NCBI GenBank assembly: GCA_965199955.1 | Contig: CBDATQ010000001.1 | Coordinates: 2,293,537-2,357,536 of the forward strand | Length of the DNA: 64,000 nt | Direction: 5' to 3' | DNA from: Spirochaetia bacterium | GTDB taxonomy: Bacteria > Spirochaetota > Spirochaetia > SZUA-6 > Bin103 | In this document: one piece after another, positions 50,864 to 60,618 of the stretch | How the letters are laid out: every line of letters starts with the position of its first letter | Numbering within the stretch: the stretch's first letter is position 1 | The notes under the pieces: generated by a model | Told to the model about the DNA's origin: nothing | The model's input: only the letters and a program-made list of their open reading frames with translations | Databases searched by the model: none | Program-made: the position numbers and the translations under genes

Positions 50864-51994
50864 ATGGCCAACCGTTCCGAATCCGCACTGAGGGCCCGTT
50901 CGACCGGTAGCGCGCGTTCGACCGGCAATGGCACCCGCGACACCCTGCACGCCGAACGGAGGCAGGCGCTCGACGCAGCCCGTCTGCAGATCGAAAAACA
51001 GTTCGGCAAGGGATCGCTGATGCAGTTGGGGGAGCAGAGCGCCCAGCGCGATCACCCGGCGATCCACTCCGGCGCCATCCTGCTCGATGCTGCGCTCGGC
51101 GTCGGCGGCTATCCGAAAGGCCGCATCGTGGAGATCTTCGGCCCCGAGTCTTCCGGCAAGACGACGCTGGCACTGCACGCGATCGCCGAGGCGCAGCGCG
51201 CCGGTGGCATCGCCGCGTTCATCGATGCCGAGCACGCCCTGGACCCGGTCTACGCCAAGGGCCTAGGCGTGGACACCGACGAGCTGTGGGTGTCGCAACC
51301 CGACAACGGAGAGCAGGCGCTCGAGATCGTCGAGTCCCTGGTGCGCTCCGGCGCGGTGGACATCGTGGTCGTCGACTCGGTAGCCGCGCTCACGCCCCGG
51401 GCCGAGATCGAAGGGGAGATGGGCGACTCCCACATGGGCCTGCAGGCCCGGCTGATGAGCCAGGCGCTGCGCAAGCTTACCGCCACGATCGCCAAGTCCG
51501 GCACCTGCCTGATCTTCATCAACCAGATCCGCATGAAGATCGGAGTCATGTTCGGCAACCCGGAGACCACCACCGGCGGCAACGCGCTGAAGTTCTATTC
51601 GTCGGTGCGACTGGAAGTGCGCAAGATCGAAACCATTCAGCGCACCGGGGAAAACGCGATCGGCAACCGGGTTCGCATCAAGGTGGTCAAGAACAAGGTC
51701 GCGCCGCCGTTCCGCCGGGCCGAGCTGGAGATCATGTTCGGCACCGGCCTTTCCTCTTCCGGCAGCCTGCTGGAGGCGGCTCTGCAGGAGAATATCGTCG
51801 ACAAGAGCGGAACCTGGTATTCCTACGACGGGGAACGGATCGGCCAGGGCAGGGAGAACGCCAAGGCGTTTCTCGAAGCGCAGCCGGAGAAGGCCGCCGC
51901 CATCGAGGGCAAGGTACGCGCGCTGCTGTTTCCGGACGCGGCGCCGCAGGCGGAACCATCGCAGACCGACAGTGCCGGCGCGAAGGAGGCCTGA
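50864..51994 (+). CDS. recA: Recombinase RecA
   Basis: [35 protein letters not shown]. Confidence 0.99.
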   Translation: MANRSESALRARSTGSARSTGNGTRDTLHAERRQALDAARLQIEKQFGKGSLMQLGEQSAQRDHPAIHSGAILLDAALGVGGYPKGRIVEIFGPESSGKTTLALHAIAEAQRAGGIAAFIDAEHALDPVYAKGLGVDTDELWVSQPDNGEQALEIVESLVRSGAVDIVVVDSVAALTPRAEIEGEMGDSHMGLQARLMSQALRKLTATIAKSGTCLIFINQIRMKIGVMFGNPETTTGGNALKFYSSVRLEVRKIETIQRTGENAIGNRVRIKVVKNKVAPPFRRAELEIMFGTGLSSSGSLLEAALQENIVDKSGTWYSYDGERIGQGRENAKAFLEAQPEKAAAIEGKVRALLFPDAAPQAEPSQTDSAGAKEA

Positions 51995-52077
51995 CGGCCA
52001 GCTTCCAGTGGCCGCTCGTCCGGGGAGGGGAGGGAGCGATCAGCGAACGATACTCGGGCGACGCCACCGGGAGCGGC

Positions 52078-52791
52078 ATGTGCTACCGGCTCGGCGACTT
52101 CGACGGGCCGCTCGACCTGCTGCTGCACCTGGTGCGGAGCGCCCAGATCAACATCTGGAACATCCCGATCGCCGCCATCACCGAACAGTACCTGGCAGTG
52201 CTTGATGCCTCGGACGACCTCGACCTGGAGCGGACCACCGACTTCTACCGCATGGCTGCGACGCTGCTGCATATCAAGTCGCGGATGCTGCTGCCGGTCG
52301 GCAGTGCCGCAGGCGGAAGCGATGATGAAGACGACCCGCGCGCCGAGCTTGTCGAGCAACTCATCGAGTACCGGCGGTTGCGCCTGCTCGGTGAGGCACT
52401 CTCCGAGCGCTTCGAGCCGCGCGAGTGGCACATAGAGCCGGAACGCCGCGTCCACACGGCGCAGGAGGCCCTGGAAGATGAGGACGACGACGCGGAGATG
52501 GACGGATCGATCGCCGAGCTGGTCGAAGTCTATCGCGAGCTGCGGTCCGGGATCGCCGATGCCGTGCCTTTCGACCTGCATGACGGCGTGACCGTGGCGG
52601 AGAAGGTGACGCTGCTGCGCGAACGGCTGGACCGCCAGGAGCGCGTGAGGTTCGCCGTCCTGATCGGCATGGGATCCGCGGTGGAGCTGGTCTGCGCCCT
52701 GCTCGCGATCCTGGAAGTGGTCAAGGCCGGGCGGGCCCGGGTTGTCCAGCACACCCCGTTCGCCGAGATTTCGCTGGTGGCCAGGCGATGA
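52078..52791 (+). CDS. scpA: Segregation and condensation protein A
   Basis: FDGPLDLLLHL, IKSRMLLP, DPRAELVEQLIEY. Confidence 0.95.
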   Translation: MCYRLGDFDGPLDLLLHLVRSAQINIWNIPIAAITEQYLAVLDASDDLDLERTTDFYRMAATLLHIKSRMLLPVGSAAGGSDDEDDPRAELVEQLIEYRRLRLLGEALSERFEPREWHIEPERRVHTAQEALEDEDDDAEMDGSIAELVEVYRELRSGIADAVPFDLHDGVTVAEKVTLLRERLDRQERVRFAVLIGMGSAVELVCALLAILEVVKAGRARVVQHTPFAEISLVARR

Positions 52792-53573
52792 GCGCCGACG
52801 ACCGAACCTCCCCGCAGGCCGGCGGGGACGCGGTCGCCGTTCGTGATCCGCGCGTCCCCGTCCCCCCGGGGAGATCGCCGAACGGCGTGCACCTGGAGGT
52901 CTCCGCGCCGGCCAACGGCTCCGGCAACGGGCACGCGCGCACGACGGCGGTGGATGTCGCGCCCGCGGCCGTCGGACAGGAGGATGGCGGGCAGGAGGAT
53001 GCCGCTGCCGAACGCGATGGATCGAACGGATGCCATCTCCCCGCCGGCAGCGCGCCGGTCGTCGAAGCTGCCCTGCTGCTGGAAGGCCATCCGGCGACGC
53101 CCGCGCGGCTCGCGCGGATCACCGGCCTGCCCGTTCGGGAGATAGAGCACGCCCTGACGGTGCTGCGTCAGCGCTACGCGGCCCCGGAATTCGGCCTGCA
53201 GGTTGCCCGCGTCGCCGACAGCTACTCGCTCATGCCCAAGGCGGAATTATGGGAACGGCTGCGTCATCACTACGGCACCGACTCCGGCAGGAAGTTGTCG
53301 CGTGCGGCCATGGAGACCCTTACCATCGTCGCCTACTCGCAACCGGTGACGCGAAGCCAGATCGAGGCGATGCGCGGGGTCTCCGCCGACGCGATGATCC
53401 GGCTGCTGAGCGACCGGCAACTGATTCGCGCGGTCGGGTACAAGGAGGACTCGGTGGGCCGTCCGACCCTGTTCGGCACCACCAACCGATTCCTCGAGAG
53501 CTTCGGTCTGGAGACGATCGATGACCTGCCGAAGCTGGACAGGGTGGAAGAGAGCAGGTTCCGGCGAACCTGA
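52788..53573 (+). CDS. scpB: Segregation and condensation protein B
   Basis: LSRAAMETLTIVAYSQPVTR, GRPTLFGTT..FL. Confidence 0.95.
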   Translation: MSADDRTSPQAGGDAVAVRDPRVPVPPGRSPNGVHLEVSAPANGSGNGHARTTAVDVAPAAVGQEDGGQEDAAAERDGSNGCHLPAGSAPVVEAALLLEGHPATPARLARITGLPVREIEHALTVLRQRYAAPEFGLQVARVADSYSLMPKAELWERLRHHYGTDSGRKLSRAAMETLTIVAYSQPVTRSQIEAMRGVSADAMIRLLSDRQLIRAVGYKEDSVGRPTLFGTTNRFLESFGLETIDDLPKLDRVEESRFRRT

Positions 53574-53574
53574 C

Positions 53575-54327
53575 ATGAGGCTCAACCTCTACCTCGCGCG
53601 CGGCGGCGTCGCTTCCCGCCGCGCCTCCGACGAACTGATCACCGCCGGCCGCGTGACCGTGAACGGCGACCCGGTCACACGACTCGGATTCACCGTCTCC
53701 GACGGCGATCGCGTCTGCCTGGACGGAGTTCTCGTGAAGCTCGCCCGGCGCAGCCGCTACCTTGCCCTGCACAAGCCGCCCGGGTTCGTCTGCACCGCCC
53801 ACGACCCGCAGGGACGACCGCGTGCGGTGGAGTTGGTCGACGGGGACGGAGGGGTGGCCGGGCATGGAGGGGTGGCCGGGCATGGCGCCCGGCTCTTCAG
53901 CGTCGGCCGGCTCGACTATCGATCGAGCGGCCTGCTGCTGTTCACCGACGACGGGCAGTTCGCGGAGCATGCAGCTCATCCGTCCTACGGGGTGGACAAG
54001 GACTACCTGGTGCGGACCGCCGGCGGGGCAGCGATACCGGACGACCTCCTGCACGGTTACCGCAACGGCCTTTGGGTGGACGGCGAGCACTACCGGTTGA
54101 AAGACTACCGACGCCGTGCCCCCGATGCGGCGCTCCTCACGCTGTCGACCGGCAGAAACCGCGAGATCCGCCGCGTCTTCGCCGACGCCGGCATCGGGCT
54201 CGGCCTCGTCCATCGCATACGGATCGGCCCGATACGACTCGGGGCTCTCGACGCCGGTCACCACCGAGAGCTCTCCGAAGACGAAGTCGCATGGTTCCTA
54301 CGGCTCGAAAAACGGTCGTCGCCATAG
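53575..54327 (+). CDS. rluB: rRNA pseudouridine synthase (RluB/RsuA family)
   Basis: MRLNLYLA..GVASRR S4 domain, VGRLD..SSGLLL, GRNREIRR. Confidence 0.92.
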   Translation: MRLNLYLARGGVASRRASDELITAGRVTVNGDPVTRLGFTVSDGDRVCLDGVLVKLARRSRYLALHKPPGFVCTAHDPQGRPRAVELVDGDGGVAGHGGVAGHGARLFSVGRLDYRSSGLLLFTDDGQFAEHAAHPSYGVDKDYLVRTAGGAAIPDDLLHGYRNGLWVDGEHYRLKDYRRRAPDAALLTLSTGRNREIRRVFADAGIGLGLVHRIRIGPIRLGALDAGHHRELSEDEVAWFLRLEKRSSP

Positions 54328-54947
54328 ACGGTCCGGCGGCCGCCGGAAAGTCCACGGTGGCGCGCTGTGTGGCCGACCGTCTGGGCTACCGCTACATCAG
54401 TTCCGGCCTGCTCTACCGGGCGGCGTCGGCCATCGCCCTGCGCGAGTGCGGGGACCCGGCCCGGGAGGCCGCCGTGGTTTCGGCTGTGGCCGCCGCCGAT
54501 CTGTCCATCGATGTCCAGGGCGTCAGCGCCGCCGGCCGACCCGTCGACAGCAGGCTCCTGCATGGCGCCGAGGTAGCCCGCTGGCTGCCCACGCATACGG
54601 CGATGCGCGCGCTGCGGCTGCACATCAACGCCTTGCTGCACGCCGCGTCGACGCTGGCTCCCTGCGTGATCGATGGCCGGGACATCGGCACGGTCGTGTT
54701 CCCCGATGCGGAGACGAAGGTGTTCCTGGATGCGGCGCCCGCCGAGCGCGCGCGCCGCCGGCAGCGCCAGCACGGCGGCGACCTCCATGCCATCGCCGCC
54801 GTGATCAACCGGCGCGACGCCGCCGACCGGGCAAAGGCATGGGGCCGGCTTGCTCGGGCCGCCGACGCAGTCCGCGTCGACACCACCGACTTGACCGCCG
54901 TCGCGGTGTGTGACAGGGTGGAGTACGTCGTGCGGCGCGGAACGTGA
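54291..54947 (+). CDS. cmk: Cytidylate kinase
   Basis: AIDGPAAAGKST, SGLLYR, DGRDIGTVVFPDA. Confidence 0.95.
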   Translation: MVPTARKTVVAIDGPAAAGKSTVARCVADRLGYRYISSGLLYRAASAIALRECGDPAREAAVVSAVAAADLSIDVQGVSAAGRPVDSRLLHGAEVARWLPTHTAMRALRLHINALLHAASTLAPCVIDGRDIGTVVFPDAETKVFLDAAPAERARRRQRQHGGDLHAIAAVINRRDAADRAKAWGRLARAADAVRVDTTDLTAVAVCDRVEYVVRRGT

Positions 54948-55056
54948 ATCGCGCGTTCGGCCGCGCATTTTCCAATTGTTGTATTCTCCATCGAGTTCAT
55001 GTGCCAAAATAGTCCCTCACGCGCGATGGCGCGATTGAGTCGTAGCGAGCAGTCTT

Positions 55057-56754
55057 GTGAGTGATAGAGACGATCGGGCCAAGGCCGGTCCCGCCGAGGG
55101 AAGTCTGCAGCAGCAGTACGTGAACTCCTTCCAGCCGGTGGAAGAAGGCCAATTGTTGACCGGACAGGTGATTGAGGTGGGACCGGAGACGGTCTACATC
55201 GACGTTGGCCTGAAGTCCGAAGGCCGGGTACCGGCTTCGGAGTTTACGGAGATGCCGGCAGTGGGGCAGTCGGTCGACGTGGTTCTGCTGCGCAAGGAGA
55301 GCCGTTCCGGAGAGGTGATCGTCTCCCGGCGAAAAGCGGAGGAGCAGGTCCTGTGGCGGACGCTCAGGGAGGCCGCCGAGCAGAGGACGCCGGTCCAGGG
55401 AATCATCCGCCGCAAGATCAAGGGTGGCTACGAGGTCGACCTCGGCGCCGGCACTCGGGCATTCGTGCCGTTCTCGAAGGTGGACATCATGCGCGTCCGC
55501 AACGAGGACGACTATCTGAACCTGCAGACGTCATTCTTCATCGAGCAGCTCTTCAGCAAGGGCCGCGCCAACGTTGTGGTCAACCGTCGCGACTGGCTGG
55601 AGCAGGAGATCCGCAATCGGCGGGAGCAGTTCTACAGCCATGCCGAGATCGGCGATGTCGTCGACGGCGTCGTCAAGTCGTTCACCTCGTTCGGAGCGTT
55701 CGTCGACCTCGGGGGTTTCGACGGCTTGCTGCACGTCAACGACATGCGCTGGGGTCACGTCGCGTCGCCGCGGGATCTTGTGGAGCTCGGCCAACAGCTC
55801 ACGGTCAAGATCATCCGGCTCGATCGCGAAGCGCAGAAGGTCAACCTCAGCCTCAAGCACTTCACCGAAGATCCATGGACGACCTTCGAAGAGCGGTTCC
55901 AGGTGGGCGATACCGTACACGGCACGGTCACCAAGCTGACCGATTTCGGGGCGTTCGTGGCCATCGCCGACGGCATCGAGGGGCTGGTGCACGTCTCGGA
56001 CCTGACCTGGGTGAAGCGGGTTCGGCACCCGAAGGAGATCCTTGCAACGGGCGACGAGATGGAGGTGAAGGTCCTCGCGTACGACATGGAGCACGCCAAG
56101 TTGTCGCTCGGCCTCAAGCAACTCCTTGCCAACCCGTGGGACGACGTTCCGGAACGCTATCCGGTCGGCCGGCGCATCACCGCCCGCGTCAGCAATTTGG
56201 TCAGCTTCGGGGCGTTTCTCGCCATTGAGGACGGTATCGACGGACTCCTGCACGTCGAGGACATGTCCTGGACCGAACGGATTGCCGACCCGTCGACGAT
56301 CGTCAAGGTTGGCGATGAGATAGAGGTGATGGTGCTCATGGTCGACTCGCGCCAGCGCCGCATCAAGCTCGGTCTCAAGCAGTTGACCGAGGACCCGTGG
56401 ACGACGCTGGCCCGTGCCTACAAGAAGGGCTCGAAGATTGCCGGAACGGTGAGCCGCAAGACCGACTTCGGTGTGTTCGTGACCGTCGACGGCGACTTGG
56501 AGGCGTTGATCAGCAAGAACCACCTTACCTCCAGCGAGACCTCCTTCGAAGAGGCTTCCAACGCGCTCAAGGTCGGCGATCCGATCCAGGCGATCGTGCT
56601 CGAGATCAACCCACAGAGTCAGCGGCTCGCGCTTTCCGTCCGCGAATTGCAGCGGCGCCAGGAGCGTGAGGAGCTGGTCCGGTACGCACATACCGACGGC
56701 AGCGACGACACCGTTTCGCTGGGCGACCTGATTCGCCGCAAGAACCCGGGGTAG
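55057..56754 (+). CDS. rpsA: 30S ribosomal protein S1
   Basis: Repeated S1 domains (FGAFVDLGGFDGLLH, GIEGLVHVS). Confidence 0.98.
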   Translation: MSDRDDRAKAGPAEGSLQQQYVNSFQPVEEGQLLTGQVIEVGPETVYIDVGLKSEGRVPASEFTEMPAVGQSVDVVLLRKESRSGEVIVSRRKAEEQVLWRTLREAAEQRTPVQGIIRRKIKGGYEVDLGAGTRAFVPFSKVDIMRVRNEDDYLNLQTSFFIEQLFSKGRANVVVNRRDWLEQEIRNRREQFYSHAEIGDVVDGVVKSFTSFGAFVDLGGFDGLLHVNDMRWGHVASPRDLVELGQQLTVKIIRLDREAQKVNLSLKHFTEDPWTTFEERFQVGDTVHGTVTKLTDFGAFVAIADGIEGLVHVSDLTWVKRVRHPKEILATGDEMEVKVLAYDMEHAKLSLGLKQLLANPWDDVPERYPVGRRITARVSNLVSFGAFLAIEDGIDGLLHVEDMSWTERIADPSTIVKVGDEIEVMVLMVDSRQRRIKLGLKQLTEDPWTTLARAYKKGSKIAGTVSRKTDFGVFVTVDGDLEALISKNHLTSSETSFEEASNALKVGDPIQAIVLEINPQSQRLALSVRELQRRQEREELVRYAHTDGSDDTVSLGDLIRRKNPG

Positions 56755-56839
56755 GATAGAGCGCGCAGGCGACGAGCATGATGCCGCGTCCCCACGGGCC
56801 TTGGCTCGATCGTGCCGTGCTCTCCACGAGCCGGATGCC

Positions 56840-57790
56840 ATGATGCGTCCGGACATCGTCGCTGCCGATCGCATGACGCGGGCGAAGCTGGATGTGGCCA
56901 CCCGCGCCGCGACCACCGACCTGTCGGTGCTGCTGCTCGGTGAACATGGGGTAGGGAAGGCGCTGTTCGCCCGCCTGATCCACGCCTCCTCGGCCCGGCG
57001 GGCAGGCCCGTTCGAGGAGATCAACTGCTCTGCCGTTCCCCCGGACCTGATCGACGCGGACCTGTTCGGCTGTGCCGACGGCGGCCCGTCCCCGACCTCG
57101 GGCATGCATCGGACGGGCCGTCTCGAACGCGCCGCTGGCGGCACCATCCTGCTGGACGCCGTGGACGGCCTGTCCCCGGACATGCAGGCCAAGCTCCTCG
57201 GCGTCCTGCAGCACGGCCGGATCTACCCGGTGGACGGCGGCGCGCGGACGGTGGACACGCGCATCGTCGCCGCGAGCGACGTCGACCTGGAGGGCCAGGT
57301 GGAACGGGCGGCGTTCCGGCGCGACCTGTTCTATCGGCTCAACGTCCTGCCGATCTACCTGCCGCCGTTGCGGGAACGGCCGGCCGACGTCACCGCCTTG
57401 GCGCAGCACTTTCTGAAGCGGTCCTCCGCAACCGCCGGCCGCGGGCCGCTCAAGTTCACGGCCGCGGCGCTCGCTGCGCTGCGCGGACACAGTTGGCCGG
57501 GGAATGCGCGCGAGCTCGCCAACGTCATCGAGCGAGCCGTGATCGCCGCCGATTCGGTGATAGACACTCGGCACCTGGATCTTGGCACCGACGGCGCCTT
57601 GCCGGACCAGTCCGGCGACGCGTACCATGGAAAGCAACTGAAGGATGCCGTGCGCGCGTACAAGCGCCGCTTCATTCGTGGGGCGCTTGAGTCACATGGC
57701 TGGAATCAGACCACTACTGCCCGTTCATTGGGCATACAGCGCACGTATCTGTCGCGCCTGATCAAGGAACTGGAGATCTCGAATCGATGA
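56840..57790 (+). CDS. Degenerate sigma54-activator-like AAA+ protein with Fis-type HTH
   Basis: GEHGVGK, INCSA, FRRDLFYRLNV, WPGNARELAN, HTH NQTTTARSLGIQRTYL; GAFTGA and Walker B Glu missing. Confidence 0.88.
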   Translation: MMRPDIVAADRMTRAKLDVATRAATTDLSVLLLGEHGVGKALFARLIHASSARRAGPFEEINCSAVPPDLIDADLFGCADGGPSPTSGMHRTGRLERAAGGTILLDAVDGLSPDMQAKLLGVLQHGRIYPVDGGARTVDTRIVAASDVDLEGQVERAAFRRDLFYRLNVLPIYLPPLRERPADVTALAQHFLKRSSATAGRGPLKFTAAALAALRGHSWPGNARELANVIERAVIAADSVIDTRHLDLGTDGALPDQSGDAYHGKQLKDAVRAYKRRFIRGALESHGWNQTTTARSLGIQRTYLSRLIKELEISNR

Positions 57791-58473
57791 GCGAAGCGCA
57801 GGAACGCGAGCCCTTTCGCATAGACGAAGCCGTCGGCCACGTCATCACCCGGTTCCGGGTGCCCTTGCTGGTGCTGTTGGCAGCCGTGGGGGTGGTGCTG
57901 ATCGCGATCGTGGTGGTCACCGACCAGCGGCGGGCGGTGATCGAGCGATCGACCGAGCTGATCGAAGAGATCGAGCAACGCTGGCTGATCGCGTCGGAAG
58001 AAGAACGCGCGAGCCTGGACAGCGAAGTGCTCCCTCAATTGGAGTCGATGGCCGAGCGCCATCGCGGACGCTACGCCGGCAGGCGGGCGCTGCAGCTCGT
58101 GGCAGCCCGGTACGCCGAGCGCGGAGAGTGGCAGGAGGCCGCGGAACGATTCAAGGAGCTGGCCGACCGGTCCACCGGCTACCTGGCCGCGCTGGCGCTG
58201 AGCAACGCCGCGGTCGCGTACGAGGAGCTCGGCGACCGTGATACCGCCGAGAGGTTCTATCGCGACGTCGCAGACCGGTACCCGAATGAAGCGACGCTGG
58301 CGCCGCGCGCGCTGTTCGCGGTGGCGCGGCTCGAGGAGGAACGCGGCGATCCTCTCGGGGCGAACGAAGCGTACGTCGCTCTGGAGGCGAAGTACCCCCT
58401 CAGCCGCTGGTCGCTGCTGGCCCGCAATCGCGTGATTTACCTCCGGGCCTCCGGCGCGCTTGACGGAAGCTGA
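57787..58473 (+). CDS. Membrane-anchored TPR protein (YfgM-like)
   Basis: Single TM then TPR-like helices, ending YPLSRWSLLARNR. Confidence 0.75.
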   Translation: MSEAQEREPFRIDEAVGHVITRFRVPLLVLLAAVGVVLIAIVVVTDQRRAVIERSTELIEEIEQRWLIASEEERASLDSEVLPQLESMAERHRGRYAGRRALQLVAARYAERGEWQEAAERFKELADRSTGYLAALALSNAAVAYEELGDRDTAERFYRDVADRYPNEATLAPRALFAVARLEEERGDPLGANEAYVALEAKYPLSRWSLLARNRVIYLRASGALDGS

Positions 58474-59164
58474 TCCCCGTACCCGGGCGGGGTCCGACAC
58501 GTATCCGCTCCCTTGGGTACCGACGGCAACCGTGATCGCGGCGTGCGGTCTGATCGCGGCGTGCGGCCTGCCGTTTCCGTCGACACTGCCGAGTCCGGAA
58601 CGCTGTCCCGCGGGGACGCCCGGCGTGCTGAGCTTCTGCGGCTCCTCCGTACAGCCCCCGTTCCAAGGGTATGAAATATATTATACTATACGAACGGCGA
58701 ACGAAGGTGCTCCGTCGGAGCCGCTTCACCACGAAGACCTGCGCGCCAGATTCGGCCGTCTGTCAGCGGCTGACGGCCGATCCTGCGACACCGGTCGCCC
58801 GCCGCTGATCCGGGCGACCGACGCGGAGCCGGATCACACCGTGCATCTGGACCTGACGGTGTTCCGGCTCACGGGCACCACCGACACCGATCCGTTTCTC
58901 CGGCTGTCGTGGCATTCCGGAGAGATCCATGTCCGCCGGGGCGTCGCGGACGAGTTCGGCCAGTGCAGGAGTTTCTCCGACGTGGACGGCTATGAAGCCG
59001 CGGACATCGACGTCAGCCAGGCGGCCGCGGCTGCGATCGCCGATGCCGGTGGCGTGATCTACCTCCACGCGTACGCGGTCAGCTACGGATTCGATCGTGG
59101 CCAGCGGCTGTACAGCGCTCCGCTTCGGGTGGACCGGGTGGAGCTGGCGCTGCCGTTGCAGTAG
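58460..59164 (+). CDS. Putative lipoprotein
   Basis: Lipobox-like IAAC (duplicated), FQGYEIYY. Confidence 0.6.
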   Translation: MTEADPRTRAGSDTYPLPWVPTATVIAACGLIAACGLPFPSTLPSPERCPAGTPGVLSFCGSSVQPPFQGYEIYYTIRTANEGAPSEPLHHEDLRARFGRLSAADGRSCDTGRPPLIRATDAEPDHTVHLDLTVFRLTGTTDTDPFLRLSWHSGEIHVRRGVADEFGQCRSFSDVDGYEAADIDVSQAAAAAIADAGGVIYLHAYAVSYGFDRGQRLYSAPLRVDRVELALPLQ

Positions 59165-59440
59165 GTGCTGGCGTACCTGAACGTCGCGTTGACCTATGTG
59201 GCGGTCGCCCTGGGCTGCGCGATCCTGATGTTCTACGTGCTGAGGCGCGAGATGCCCGGCCGCTTCTGGGGAGCGCTGGTCGTCGGACTGGTCGGCGCCG
59301 TCCTCGGCGGGATCGCCGACCAGCTTCTCGCGGGCGTGTTCAAACGGCTCACTGACGTCAATACGGTCAACCTGTACGCCGCGGGCGGCGCTTCGCTGCT
59401 CTGCATCTGGCTGCTGTCCATCGCCAGGCGCCGCCGGTGA
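59165..59440 (+). CDS. Small 3-TM membrane protein (GlsB/YeaQ-like)
   Basis: Hydrophobic, LVVGLVGAVLGG motif. Confidence 0.7.
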   Translation: MLAYLNVALTYVAVALGCAILMFYVLRREMPGRFWGALVVGLVGAVLGGIADQLLAGVFKRLTDVNTVNLYAAGGASLLCIWLLSIARRRR

Positions 59441-59556
59441 CTCCGACGCCGCCCCGTATCTTCCGATAATCTATATTCTGTCAACCAACCCGAAGCGCTG
59501 GTTGGCAGAATGTGGCCGGGGTATGGCTGGGGCGTCTCTCGACGGCGTCGGGGCCT

Positions 59557-60615
59557 TTACCCCGCTCGACGAAAGCCGGCGACGCGCGCGGCGGCGCCGA
59601 ACGACAGGTCCGTGGGGCCGTCGCGGTGCAGCACGTGGTAGCCGAGACCGGCAATCATCGCGGCGTTGTCGGTGCAGAGCGCCATGCCGGGAAAGAACGC
59701 CTCGAACGCCGGCTCGTCCGCGAGTCGCCGGCGCAGGTAGCGGTTGGCGGCGACGCCGCCGGCGGCGACGATCCGGCTCCGGTCCCGCGAGCGCGCCGCG
59801 GCGATCGCCTGGTCGACGACGATGTCGATCGCGGTCTTCTGAAAGGACGCGGCGACGTCCGCAACGCGCTCCGGCGCGGAAGGATCGACGCGAAACTGGT
59901 TGCGCTGATGGATCACCGCGGTCTTCAGGCCCGAGTAGGACACGTCGAACCGGCCGGGACCGGACCGAATCGAAGGCACGGGGAATCGATAGGCTTCGGC
60001 GTCCCCTTCCTCGGACAGCTGCTGGATGGCCACGCCGCCCGGGAAGCCGATGTCGAAATACTTGGCGACCTTGTCGAACGCCTCGCCGCAGGCGTCGTCG
60101 ACCGTCGCGCCGAGCACCTCCCAGCGGTCGAGCCCCTGTACGTCGATCACCATCGTGTGCCCGCCCGACAGGAGCAGCGCGATGTACGGGTAGCGGATGT
60201 CCCGCTCCATGTGCGGGGAGTACACGTGCGCGCGGATGTGATCCACGGCGACCAGCGGCTTGCCCGTGGCCAGCGCCAGCCCCTTGGCGTAGGAGACCCC
60301 GACCAGCAGCGACCCGATCAGCCCCGGTCGGCAGGTGACCGCCAGGGCGTCCATCTCGGCCAGAGTACAACCCGCCGCCGCCAGTCCGCGGGCGACCACG
60401 GCGTCGATCCACTCGATGTGCATGCGCGAGGCGATCTCCGGCACGACCCCGGCGAACGGACGGTGCGCCTCGACCTGGGACGCCACCTCGTTGGAAAGGA
60501 TGGCGGCCCCGTCGCGAACGACCGCCGCCGCACACTCGTCACACGATGTCTCGATGCCCAGGACCAGGCTGGGCCTCACTGCTCCGGCAGCCCTCACTGC
60601 TCCGGCAGCCCTCAC
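59557..60615 (-). CDS. tsaD: tRNA N6-threonylcarbamoyltransferase TsaD
   Basis: LGIETSCDE, GVVPEIASRMH, LSGGHT, DDACGEAFDK, CTDNAAMIA; three in-frame GTG starts. Confidence 0.97.
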   Translation of the reverse strand: MRAAGAVRAAGAVRPSLVLGIETSCDECAAAVVRDGAAILSNEVASQVEAHRPFAGVVPEIASRMHIEWIDAVVARGLAAAGCTLAEMDALAVTCRPGLIGSLLVGVSYAKGLALATGKPLVAVDHIRAHVYSPHMERDIRYPYIALLLSGGHTMVIDVQGLDRWEVLGATVDDACGEAFDKVAKYFDIGFPGGVAIQQLSEEGDAEAYRFPVPSIRSGPGRFDVSYSGLKTAVIHQRNQFRVDPSAPERVADVAASFQKTAIDIVVDQAIAAARSRDRSRIVAAGGVAANRYLRRRLADEPAFEAFFPGMALCTDNAAMIAGLGYHVLHRDGPTDLSFGAAARVAGFRRAG

Positions 60616-60618
60616 TGC
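60574..60618. repeat. 18-bp tandem repeat (2.5 copies) spanning the stop/start junction of tsaD
   Basis: CCTCACTGCTCCGGCAGC x2 + CCTCACTGC. Confidence 0.9.

Noticed and set aside
54990..55006. Sigma54 promoter (TGGCAC on minus strand) near rpsA
   Set aside because: No TTGC -12 element at the required spacing, and wrong orientation for rpsA.
59455..59490. AT-rich patch with TTGACA (minus strand) between convergent genes
   Set aside because: No properly spaced -10 box; insufficient support for an antisense promoter.
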